A stretch of 47,695 bases of DNA from Bacillota bacterium (GTDB lineage Bacteria; Bacillota; UBA4882; JAAYXC01), in assembly GCA_012516115.1 (NCBI GenBank), contig JAAYXC010000076.1:1-47695 (forward strand), read 5' to 3'. Positions 15,929-23,731 of this stretch are shown here, one piece after another. The position numbers were made by a program, and so were the translations under genes. Numbering within the stretch: the first letter of the stretch is position 1; each line of letters opens with the position of its first letter. The notes beneath the pieces were generated by a model. That model was not told where the DNA came from, ran no database searches, and worked only from the letters and a program-made list of their open reading frames with translations.

Positions 15929-17482
15929 ATGATCGAGATCCGACGGGCTTTGCTGAGCGTCTCGGATAAACGGGGGCTGGTGGAGTTCGGCCGGGGGCTT
16001 CTCCGTTACGGGGTGGAGCTCGTCTCCACCGGAGGGACCTATAACGTCCTGAAAGAGGCCGGCCTACCGGTAACCTACATCTCCGAGGTGACCGGCTTCC
16101 CCGAGATCCTGGACGGCCGGGTCAAGACCCTCCATCCCGCCATCCATGCCGGTATCCTGGCCCGCCGAGACGACCCCCGGCACCTGGCCCAGCTCGAGGA
16201 GGCCGGGATCAAACCCATCGATCTTGTGGTGGTCAATCTCTATCCCTTCGCCGCCACCGTGGCCAGGCCCGGGGTCACGCCGGCGGAAGCCGTCGAGAAC
16301 ATCGACATCGGGGGACCGAGCCTCATCCGGGCGGCGGCCAAAAACCATGCCGGGGTGGTGGTCATAGTCGATCCCGAGACCTATCCCCTCCTCCTGGCGG
16401 AGATGGAAGCCCACGGGGGGAAGGTCACCTTGGAGTTCGCCCGGGCACGGGCGGTGGAGGCCTTTGCCCATACCGCCGCCTATGATGCGGCCATCCACCG
16501 TTACCTGGCGGGGACCGGGGACCAGGTCTTCCCGGCCCTGTTGGAACTGCGTTTTGAGAAGGTCATGGATCTCCGCTACGGCGAGAACCCCCACCAGCGG
16601 GCGGCCTTTTACCGGGATCCGGGTTTTCGCGGTTTCGGCGTAAGCGAGGCCGAGAAGCTCCAGGGGAAGGAGCTCTCCTTCAACAACATCGGCGATGCCG
16701 ACACGGCCATGCACCTGGCGGCCGAGTTCGACCCGCCGACGGTGGTGGCGGTCAAGCATGCCAACCCTTGCGGAGTCGGGACCGGCCCCGACCTTTTGAC
16801 CGCCTTCCGCAAGGCCTACGAGTCCGATCCCGTCTCCATCTTCGGGGGGATCATCGCCGTCAACCGGGAACTGGACGGCGAGACCGCCCGGGCCATGGCC
16901 GAGTTATTCCTTGAGATCGTCATCGCCCCCTCTTTCAGCGAAGAGGCCCGGAAGATCCTGGCGGCCAAAAAGAACCTCCGCCTCCTTCGGCTTGCCTTCC
17001 CCGCGCCGGGTGACCGACCGGGAGAGGGGTTCGATCTCCGGCGGGTGTCCGGGGGGCTCCTGGTCCAGGACCGGGATCTGGCCGACTATCGGCCGGCGGA
17101 CCTGGTGGTCAAGACCAAAAGGCCGCCGACCGAAGCCGAGCTTCACGACCTGGCCATGGCCTGGAAGGTGGTTAAATACGTAAAATCCAACGCCATCGTC
17201 CTCTGGCGGGACGGCAGGACGGTGGGCATCGGTGCCGGCCAGATGAACCGGGTCGGCGCCGCCAGGATCGCCATCGCCCAGGCGGGGGAGAAGGCCAGGG
17301 GGGCGGTCCTGGCTTCGGATGCCTTCTTTCCCATGCCCGATACGGTGGAGGAAGCGGCCAGGGCCGGGATTACGGCCATCATCCAGCCGGGCGGTTCCAT
17401 CCGGGACGATGAGTCCATCGCCGCCGCCGACAGCTTCGGCCTGGCCATGGTCTTCACCGGGATGAGACATTTTAGGCACTGA
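15929..17482 (+). CDS. purH: bifunctional AICAR transformylase / IMP cyclohydrolase
   Basis: 517 aa. 'ALLSVSDKRGLVEF', 'GRVKTLHPAIHAGIL' and 'QPGGSIRD' are present. Confidence 0.95.
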   Translation: MIEIRRALLSVSDKRGLVEFGRGLLRYGVELVSTGGTYNVLKEAGLPVTYISEVTGFPEILDGRVKTLHPAIHAGILARRDDPRHLAQLEEAGIKPIDLVVVNLYPFAATVARPGVTPAEAVENIDIGGPSLIRAAAKNHAGVVVIVDPETYPLLLAEMEAHGGKVTLEFARARAVEAFAHTAAYDAAIHRYLAGTGDQVFPALLELRFEKVMDLRYGENPHQRAAFYRDPGFRGFGVSEAEKLQGKELSFNNIGDADTAMHLAAEFDPPTVVAVKHANPCGVGTGPDLLTAFRKAYESDPVSIFGGIIAVNRELDGETARAMAELFLEIVIAPSFSEEARKILAAKKNLRLLRLAFPAPGDRPGEGFDLRRVSGGLLVQDRDLADYRPADLVVKTKRPPTEAELHDLAMAWKVVKYVKSNAIVLWRDGRTVGIGAGQMNRVGAARIAIAQAGEKARGAVLASDAFFPMPDTVEEAARAGITAIIQPGGSIRDDESIAAADSFGLAMVFTGMRHFRH

Positions 17483-17493
17483 GGGGAGCTGAG

Positions 17494-17943
17494 ATGTCCG
17501 CGCAAGAGATCTATGACATCAATGAGATCAAAAAGATCTTACCCCATCGTTTCCCCTTCCTGCTCGTCGACCGCATCCTCGAGATCGGGGAGAACCGGTG
17601 TGTGGGGCTCAAGAACTTTACCGCCAACGAACCTTTTTCCCAGAAGTACTTCGGCGGAATCTATCCCATGCAGGGGGTCCTCCAGGGGGAGGCCATGGCC
17701 CAGGTGGCGGCCTTCCTCCTATTGGCCAGGGTCGCCCAGCCCGGGGATCTGGCCTACTTCGCCAGCATCGATCGGGTCCGTTTCCGGCGGCCCGCCTTGC
17801 CCGGAGATCAGCTGCGCATCGAGGTGACGGTGGATAAACTCCGCGCCCGGGCCGGGCGCTTTATCGGTCGTTCCTTCATCGACGGGAAGATCTCCTGCGA
17901 AGCCCGTTTTACCTGTATGATGGCACCAAAAGAAGAGAATTAA
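17494..17943 (+). CDS. FabZ-like hotdog-fold protein with the catalytic His substituted
   Basis: 149 aa. 'ILPHRFPFLLVDRILE' and 'EAMAQ' match FabZ. The active-site box NEPFFxGHFPxxPxMPGVL reads NEPFSQKYFGGIYPMQGVL here (His to Tyr, PG to QG). Confidence 0.8.
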   Translation: MSAQEIYDINEIKKILPHRFPFLLVDRILEIGENRCVGLKNFTANEPFSQKYFGGIYPMQGVLQGEAMAQVAAFLLLARVAQPGDLAYFASIDRVRFRRPALPGDQLRIEVTVDKLRARAGRFIGRSFIDGKISCEARFTCMMAPKEEN

Positions 17944-17958
17944 AGCTCTAGGCCTACG

Positions 17959-18000
17959 GCCCCTTTCTCCGACTCGGAGAGGAGGCTTGAAGAGGTGAGG
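17959..18000. repeat. GGGGTGAG-type palindromic repeat, degenerate copy
   Basis: GCCCCTTTCTCCGACTCGGAGAGGAGGCTTGAAGAGGTGAGG. Confidence 0.45.
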
Positions 18001-18074
18001 TTGGGTACAAAAAACCAAGAGAAGATCGTTTTAACCGAAAAGGGTCCGCAAAATTGTTTGTGGGAGGGAGAGAA

Positions 18075-18971
18075 GTGCTTCTCGTCCGTTCGGAACTGCC
18101 CGGCCTGCCGGCCCCGCGGCGGGGGAAGGTCCGGGATATCTACGACCTTGGTTCCCAGCTCCTCATCGTCGCCACCGATCGCGTCTCGGCCTTCGACGTG
18201 GTCCTGCCCGATCCCATCCCGGACAAGGGGCGGGTCCTGACCGGCCTCACCGTCCACTGGTTTGCCCGGACGCGGGAGATCGTCGCCAACCACCTGCTAA
18301 CGGCCGATTTCGCGGAGTTCCCGGCGGTCCTGGCCCCCTTCCGGGCGGTGCTGGCCGGCCGGAGCATGCTGGTCCGCAAGGCCCAGGTGCTACCGGTGGA
18401 ATGCGTCGTCCGCGGGTACCTGGCCGGTTCGGCCTGGAAGGAGTACCGGACGAGCGGAAGGGTGGGTGAACACCTCCTCCCGCCGGGGCTGCGGGAGAGT
18501 GAGCGGTTACCGGAGCCCCTCTTTACCCCCACCACCAAGGCCGCCACCGGCCACGACGAACCGCTTACTTTTGCCCAGGTGGAAAGGTTGATCGGCCGGG
18601 AGCTGGCCGCGCGCGTGCGGGACCTTTCTTTAGCCCTCTACCGCTTCGGCGCCGCCCGAACCGAGGAACGGGGGATCGTCCTGGCGGACACCAAGTTCGA
18701 GTTCGGCCTGGTGGACGGGGAACTCCTGGTGGTGGACGAGATCCTGACCCCGGACTCCTCCCGTTTCTGGCCGCTTGACGGCTACGCGCCGGGGGGACCG
18801 CAACCGAGTTTCGACAAACAGTTCATCCGGGACTATCTGGAGCAGAGCGGTTGGGACAAGCGGCCGCCGGCGCCTTCCCTGCCGACGGAGGTCATTGCCG
18901 GCACGGCGGCGCGTTACCGGGAGGCCTACCGAAGGCTGGTGGGCCGGGAACTGGGAGGGGAAGAAGGATGA
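18075..18971 (+). CDS. purC: phosphoribosylaminoimidazole-succinocarboxamide synthase
   Basis: ORF 18054..18971. The GTG at 18075 follows GGGAGGGAGAGAA. 'GKVRDIYD', 'ATDRVSAFDVVL' and 'LADTKFEFG' are present. Confidence 0.9.
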   Translation: MLLVRSELPGLPAPRRGKVRDIYDLGSQLLIVATDRVSAFDVVLPDPIPDKGRVLTGLTVHWFARTREIVANHLLTADFAEFPAVLAPFRAVLAGRSMLVRKAQVLPVECVVRGYLAGSAWKEYRTSGRVGEHLLPPGLRESERLPEPLFTPTTKAATGHDEPLTFAQVERLIGRELAARVRDLSLALYRFGAARTEERGIVLADTKFEFGLVDGELLVVDEILTPDSSRFWPLDGYAPGGPQPSFDKQFIRDYLEQSGWDKRPPAPSLPTEVIAGTAARYREAYRRLVGRELGGEEG

Positions 18972-20251
18972 AGGTTTTGGTCATCGGGAGCGGCGGCCGG
19001 GAACACGCCATCGTCTGGAAACTGGCCCAGAGTCCCTCGGTGCGAAAGATCTACGCCGCGCCCGGCAACCCCGGTATCTGGGACCTGGCCGCGCCGGTGA
19101 CGGTCGATCATAACAACATCGCGGCCCTGGCCGATTTCGCCGCCGCCGAGGGGATCGACCTCACCGTGGTGGGGCCGGAGATCTATTTGGCGCTGGGGTT
19201 GGTCGACGAGTTTGCCCGCCGGGGGCTTTTGGTCTTCGGGCCGACCAAAGCGGCGGCGGTCATCGAAGCGGAGAAAGCCTTCGCCAAGGACTTCATGGCC
19301 AGGCACCACATCCCCACCGCCGACTACGCGGTCTTTTCCGATTACGAGCGGGCCCGTGACCATCTGCGGGCCCACGGCGCACCGGTGGTGGTCAAGGCCA
19401 GCGGTCTGGCTGGAGGGAAGGGCGCTTTTGTCTGCCAGAGTCTAGACCAGGCCGAAGAGGCTCTTGCCGACCTTATGGTCCGGCGCGTCTTCGGCGAGGC
19501 CGGAGAGAAAGTGGTCATCGAAGAGTACCTCACCGGGGAAGAAGCTTCGTTGCTCGTCCTGACCGATGGCGAGAGGGCCTGGCCTTTCCCTTTGGCCCAG
19601 GATCATAAACGTGCCTACGACGGTGACGAAGGCCCGAACACCGGCGGCATGGGCGCCTACGCCCCGGCCGGGGTCCTTCCGCCGGTAGAGATCGACCGGG
19701 TCATGGAGACCATCGTCTATCCCACTTTAAAAGGTTTGGCGGCCGAAGGCCGGCCTTACCGCGGCGTTCTTTATGTGGGGTTGATGATCGCTCCCTCCGG
19801 GCCGAAGGTCGTCGAGTATAACTGTCGCTTCGGCGACCCGGAGGCCCAAGCGGTCTTGCCGCTTCTGGTGACGGACTTCGCCTCCCTCTGCCTGGCGGCG
19901 GCTGCGGGCCGCCGGCCGGCGGATCCCCCGGTCTTCTCCGGGCAAAGCGCGGTCTGCGTGGTCCTGGCTGCCGGCGGCTACCCCGGCGATTACCGGAAAG
20001 GGGACGTCATCCACGGCCTGGACGTAGCCACGCACCTCTCGGAAGTGCTCGTCTTCCACGCCGGTACGGCCCTGCGCGGCGGCGAAGTGGTCACCGCCGG
20101 CGGTCGGGTGCTGAACGTGGTGGGCCTGGGGCCCGAGTTTACCGTGGCGCGCGAGCGTGCCTACGCGGCCGTCTCCCGGATCGAGTTCGCCGGGATGCAT
20201 TACCGGCGGGACATCGCCTGGCGCGAAATGCGACGGCGGATGTTGTCGTAG
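18968..20251 (+). CDS. purD: phosphoribosylamine-glycine ligase
   Basis: The ATG at 18968 overlaps the purC stop (ATGA). 'MKVLVIGSGGREHAIVWKL' and the ATP-grasp body are present. It lies within ORF 18851..20251. Confidence 0.93.
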   Translation: MKVLVIGSGGREHAIVWKLAQSPSVRKIYAAPGNPGIWDLAAPVTVDHNNIAALADFAAAEGIDLTVVGPEIYLALGLVDEFARRGLLVFGPTKAAAVIEAEKAFAKDFMARHHIPTADYAVFSDYERARDHLRAHGAPVVVKASGLAGGKGAFVCQSLDQAEEALADLMVRRVFGEAGEKVVIEEYLTGEEASLLVLTDGERAWPFPLAQDHKRAYDGDEGPNTGGMGAYAPAGVLPPVEIDRVMETIVYPTLKGLAAEGRPYRGVLYVGLMIAPSGPKVVEYNCRFGDPEAQAVLPLLVTDFASLCLAAAAGRRPADPPVFSGQSAVCVVLAAGGYPGDYRKGDVIHGLDVATHLSEVLVFHAGTALRGGEVVTAGGRVLNVVGLGPEFTVARERAYAAVSRIEFAGMHYRRDIAWREMRRRMLS

Positions 20252-20302
20252 GGCCGCCTCGACGGACCGTATATACCGGTAACGAAAAAGGGGGGGATCC
20301 GC

Positions 20303-20761
20303 CTGACCGAGGTCGAGATCTATACCGACGGCGCCTGTCTCGGGAATCCCGGACCGGGGGGCTGGGCGGCCATCCTCTGCCTGGGGGAACACGAAAAGGA
20401 ACTCTCCGGTTTTGAACCCAGGACCACCAATCAACGGATGGAGCTTACCGCGGCCCTCCGCGGTCTCCAGGCCTTGAAGTACCCCTGTCGGGTCAAGCTT
20501 TACAGCGACAGCGCATACCTCGTCAACGCTTTCCGTCAGGATTGGTTGGGACGCTGGGAGAAGAACGGCTGGATCAACGTGCGAAAGGAACCGGTGGAAA
20601 ACCAGGATCTCTGGCGGGAGTTGCTGCGGATGAACCGCCTTCACCGCATCGAATGGATAAAGGTCCAGGGCCACGCGGATAACGCTTATAACAACCGTTG
20701 CGACGCCCTGGCCCGCGCGGCCATTAGTCGGGGAATGGAGACTGAAACTTCAACGCGGTAA
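20303..20761 (+). CDS. rnhA: ribonuclease HI (apparent non-canonical CTG or ATC start)
   Basis: The frame is open from 20252. 'TEVEIYTDGACLGNPGPGGWAAIL...TTNQRMEL...SDS...' covers the catalytic Asp/Glu/Asp residues, which lie upstream of the first ATG (20438). The SD AAGGGGGGG (20288-20296) is followed by ATC at 20297 and CTG at 20303. There is no ATG, GTG or TTG in that stretch. Confidence 0.75.
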   Translation: MTEVEIYTDGACLGNPGPGGWAAILCLGEHEKELSGFEPRTTNQRMELTAALRGLQALKYPCRVKLYSDSAYLVNAFRQDWLGRWEKNGWINVRKEPVENQDLWRELLRMNRLHRIEWIKVQGHADNAYNNRCDALARAAISRGMETETSTR

Positions 20762-21256
20762 GGAACCCTTCGAGGCTATTCGGGACGAGATAACCCGTTA
20801 AGGTTAACAGATCGTCTTTGGTATGGCACGAGCCCCACCGGATGATCCTGGCGGTGGTGTACCCGGCCGCCTTGACCAGATCGATGGTGTGGGGGTTATA
20901 ACGGCCGAAGGGATAGGCGAAGGCGGTCACGGTGCGCTTGGTCTTTTCCTTCAGGAGGCGCCTGCTGGTGAAGATCTCCGCGCGCAGCTTTTTTTCGTTC
21001 CTAAATACGGATGCGACAGACTATGGGAGCCGATGGGCATGCCGGCGGCCGCTATTTCATTGAGCTGGGCCCAGGAGAGGAAATTTTTTTGCCGATGGCA
21101 TTGGTATAGACAAAAAAGATGGCCACGAAGGGGGCGAGGGTTACCCTGTAGGTCAATATGGGTATAGAGGTGGAGGAGTCTACGTGCCTCCCGGTCTCGG
21201 TACTCGCGCCAGAGAAGAGCTGGAAGAATTACCATGGTAAATAGCGCCAGGAACAA
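20724..21256 (-). pseudogene. decayed polysaccharide deacetylase (NodB/PgdA family)
   Basis: Homology is spread over three frames: an N-terminal TM segment (ORF 20951..21256), then 'PFVAIFFVYTNAIGKK', then 'NFLSWAQLNEIAAAGMPIGSHSLSHPYL', then 'KKLRAEIFTSRRLLKEKTKRTVTAFAYPFGRYNP...' (ORF 20724..20930). The frame switches coincide with A7 runs (plus-strand T7 at 21084-21090 and 20989-20995). No TFDDG motif is found in any frame. Confidence 0.7.
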
Positions 21257-21300
21257 CCATAGGGATGGCTTGCGCCTCTTTTTTCTCCTAGTCCGAATGG

Positions 21301-21425
21301 TTTAAAAGCGGTTGAAAAACCTCAAGCTGGGGTCCAAACTCACCCCCCGGCCCTCTCTTCGATTAAGGGAAAGGTGGTGCCTGCAGGGCGGGGGTGAGTT
21401 CAGGCTTCTTCATAACGCTTTTAAA
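21301..21425. repeat. compound palindromic (MITE-like) element containing a GGGGTGAG-type repeat
   Basis: The inner 11-bp perfect inverted repeat is AACTCACCCCC (21337-21347) / GGGGGTGAGTT (21390-21400). The outer inverted repeat is TTTAAAAGCG (21301-21310) / CGCTTTTAAA (21416-21425). Confidence 0.55.
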
Positions 21426-21556
21426 GAGCTTTTTTCTTAGCCTTTCCCTCCATTAACGTAAAAGTTCCGGCAAGGGCAAGAGGTAAAAATCAAGCCTAAA
21501 AAGAAAAAGCCGCCGATCGCGGCAAGCTTAGAGGATCAAGAATAATAGCAAGGAAA

Positions 21557-22504
21557 TCAGTTGAAGAGCGCGCTGACGGAGATGTTCTGGTGGATCCGGC
21601 GGATGGTATCCCCCAGCAGGGGGGCGACGGAAAGGATCTTGAGGTTGGCCGGACGCCGCTCGGGCGGAATGGCGATGGTGTTTGTGACCACGATCTCCTT
21701 GATGGCCGGGTGGTTGAGCCGTTCCAGGGCCGGCGGTGAGAAGACGCCGTGAGTGGCCAGGATGTGGATCTCCGGCAGCGCCCCCCGGGACAGAAGGGCC
21801 TCGATCACCTGTTCCACGCTCCCCCCGGTATCGATGATGTCCTCGATGATGATGGGCTGCATACCGTCTACTTCGCCGATGACGAAGGTCGTCTGGGCCA
21901 CGTTGTGGGCCGGACGGCGTTTGTACATGACCCCCAGAGGAAGATCGAGCATGGTGGCGAGTTTCTCGGCCTTCTTTACGATCCCCGCGTCGGGGGCGAT
22001 GATCACGCCGTTGGCGATACCCTTGCCCCTGATATACTGGGCCAGCATCGGCAAAGCGGTCATATGGTCCACGGGGATGTTGAAGAATCCTTGGATGGCC
22101 GGGGCGTGGAGGTCCATGGTCAAGACGCGATCCGCGCCAACGGTGGTGATGATGTCCGCGACCATGCGGGCGGTGATGGGCTCACGGGGAGCGGTCTTCT
22201 TTTCCTGGCGGGCATAACCATAATAGGGGATCACCGCGGTGATGCGGCCGGCCGAGGCGCGCTTTAAGGCATCGATCATGATCAGGAGCTCGACCAGGTT
22301 TTCGTTGACCGGTGCCGAAAGGGGCTGGAGCACGAAGACGTCGATTCCCCGCACGCTTTCTTCGTAGCGGACGTATATTTCCCCACTGGCGAAACGGGAT
22401 ATATGCACGCCGCCCAGGCTTATCCCAAGAAAGTCCGCCACTTCCTGCCCCAGGGCAGGGTTGGCCGTCCCGGTAAAGAGTTTCATCTGGCCGTTATGAG
22501 GCAT
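21557..22504 (-). CDS. prs: ribose-phosphate pyrophosphokinase (PRPP synthetase)
   Basis: 315 aa. 'KLFTGTANPALGQEVA', 'YYGYARQEKK' and 'IIEDIIDTGGS' are present. A second in-frame ATG at 22486 is also possible as the start. Confidence 0.93.
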   Translation of the reverse strand: MPHNGQMKLFTGTANPALGQEVADFLGISLGGVHISRFASGEIYVRYEESVRGIDVFVLQPLSAPVNENLVELLIMIDALKRASAGRITAVIPYYGYARQEKKTAPREPITARMVADIITTVGADRVLTMDLHAPAIQGFFNIPVDHMTALPMLAQYIRGKGIANGVIIAPDAGIVKKAEKLATMLDLPLGVMYKRRPAHNVAQTTFVIGEVDGMQPIIIEDIIDTGGSVEQVIEALLSRGALPEIHILATHGVFSPPALERLNHPAIKEIVVTNTIAIPPERRPANLKILSVAPLLGDTIRRIHQNISVSALFN

Positions 22505-22567
22505 CTTTCCCCACCCTTTCCAGGGTCGCGGGGCCGAAAACGTAATTTCGGTCCCTTCGCTTCGCCT

Positions 22568-22759
22568 TTACGCCGATCGCTGGACGCGGCCGGAACGGAG
22601 GCAACGCGTACAGACTCTCAGCCGGCGGGGCGTCCCGTTAACGATGGCCCGGACGTAACGAAGGTTCGGTTCCCAGCGTCGGTGGGTTTTGATGTTGGAA
22701 TGGCTGACCAGGTTACCGTTCTGTTTGGCCTTACCACAGATGGCACACTGTTTGGCCAC
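22568..22759 (-). CDS. rpmB: 50S ribosomal protein L28
   Basis: The GTG at 22759 follows AAAGGGGAAA. '(M)AKQCAICGKAKQNGNLVSHSNIKTHRRWEPNL' is 63 aa. It lies within the longer ORF 22568..22819. Confidence 0.9.
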   Translation of the reverse strand: MAKQCAICGKAKQNGNLVSHSNIKTHRRWEPNLRYVRAIVNGTPRRLRVCTRCLRSGRVQRSA

Positions 22760-22980
22760 GAGGATTTCCCCTTTCGTGCAGAATGACGTGATCAATTTTA
22801 GCACACGCCCCCGGGGCATGCAAGGGAAGACGGGTTTTCTCGACCACGGGCGAATGGGGGGCCAGGCTAAGGAAAAAGCGGTATATTTCTCGTCTTCCCC
22901 GGAGAGAAGGAGATCGCGGGCGGATCACGAACTAAAACACCGATAGTCTTCTCGCCTTCGCCGGAAGGGGGATTCCGGGC

Positions 22981-23217
22981 ATGGAGATCACCAGGGAGCC
23001 GCGTATTCTTGAGATCCTGGAGAAATATCCCCAAAGCCGGGAGGTCTTCTCCGCCCTCGGCATGGGGTGTCTGGATTGCCTGGGCGCCGGTCTGGAGACG
23101 GTGGAGGTCGGTGCCCGGATGCACGGGCTGGACGTGGAGAAAGTCCTGGCCGCCCTCCGGCAGGTCGTGGAGATTAAAGACGAAAAGAGCAGGAATAACG
23201 GGAAGGCCCGAGAATAG
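22981..23217 (+). CDS. DUF1858 domain protein (hybrid-cluster-protein-associated redox disulfide type)
   Basis: 78 aa. 'ILEILEKYPQSREVFSALGMGCLDCLGAGLETVEVGARMHGLDVEKVL' matches the DUF1858 pattern, including the CxxC motif. Confidence 0.7.
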   Translation: MEITREPRILEILEKYPQSREVFSALGMGCLDCLGAGLETVEVGARMHGLDVEKVLAALRQVVEIKDEKSRNNGKARE

Positions 23218-23236
23218 TAATTAAGACTTCGTAGAG

Positions 23237-23620
23237 GTGAAGGCTTTGGCCCGTGAAAACGGCGGGAGTACCCGTTCTCTCGGCGCGATTAACGTTTCCC
23301 CGGAGGCCATCGCCACGGTGGCGGGGATCGCTGCCCTCGAGTGTTATGGCGTGGTCGGGATGGCCGCGCGGAGTTTTCAGGACGGCCTGACGGAACTCTT
23401 GCGCGGCAAGGATAACCTGACCAAGGGGATCGAGGTGAGCATCGAAGGGGACGAGGTAAAGATCGACCTTCACGTGATCGTGGAGTACGGGACGCGCATC
23501 AAGGAAGTGGCGCGGAACGTCATCGAACGCGTCCGTTATACAGTCGAGACGCAGCTCGGGCTGACGGTAGCGGAGGTCAACGTTATCGTCCGTGGCGTCC
23601 GGATAGGCGTCGAAGAATAA
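23237..23620 (+). CDS. Asp23/Gls24 family envelope stress protein
   Basis: 127 aa. 'ISPEAIATVAGIAALECYGVVGM' is typical. It occupies the conserved position before the DAK2 gene and opposite rpmB. Confidence 0.85.
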   Translation: MKALARENGGSTRSLGAINVSPEAIATVAGIAALECYGVVGMAARSFQDGLTELLRGKDNLTKGIEVSIEGDEVKIDLHVIVEYGTRIKEVARNVIERVRYTVETQLGLTVAEVNVIVRGVRIGVEE

Positions 23621-23731
23621 AACGTCGAGGGTTTGCCATGTCCTTCCCCCCCCCCGGGCAAGGAGGCGCAGGGGGGAAGAAGGAAAAAGGAACGCGGTGG
23701 CTTTCGACATCCGGAAAGGGGGTTTCATTGC

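Noticed and set aside
19727-20674. 315-aa minus-strand ORF across the purD 3' end and rnhA
   Set aside because: Antisense shadow ORF. The plus-strand genes have diagnostic motifs.
18968-20761. PurD-RNase H fusion protein by stop-codon read-through
   Set aside because: An SD (AAGGGGGGG) is positioned for independent initiation just before the RNase H domain. The linker has no homology to either family, and same-frame placement has a 1 in 3 chance.
22505-22567. Hairpin between rpmB and prs (minus strand) as a terminator
   Set aside because: The stem has a mismatch and is not followed by a U-tract. It is more likely a processing or stability element, or nothing.
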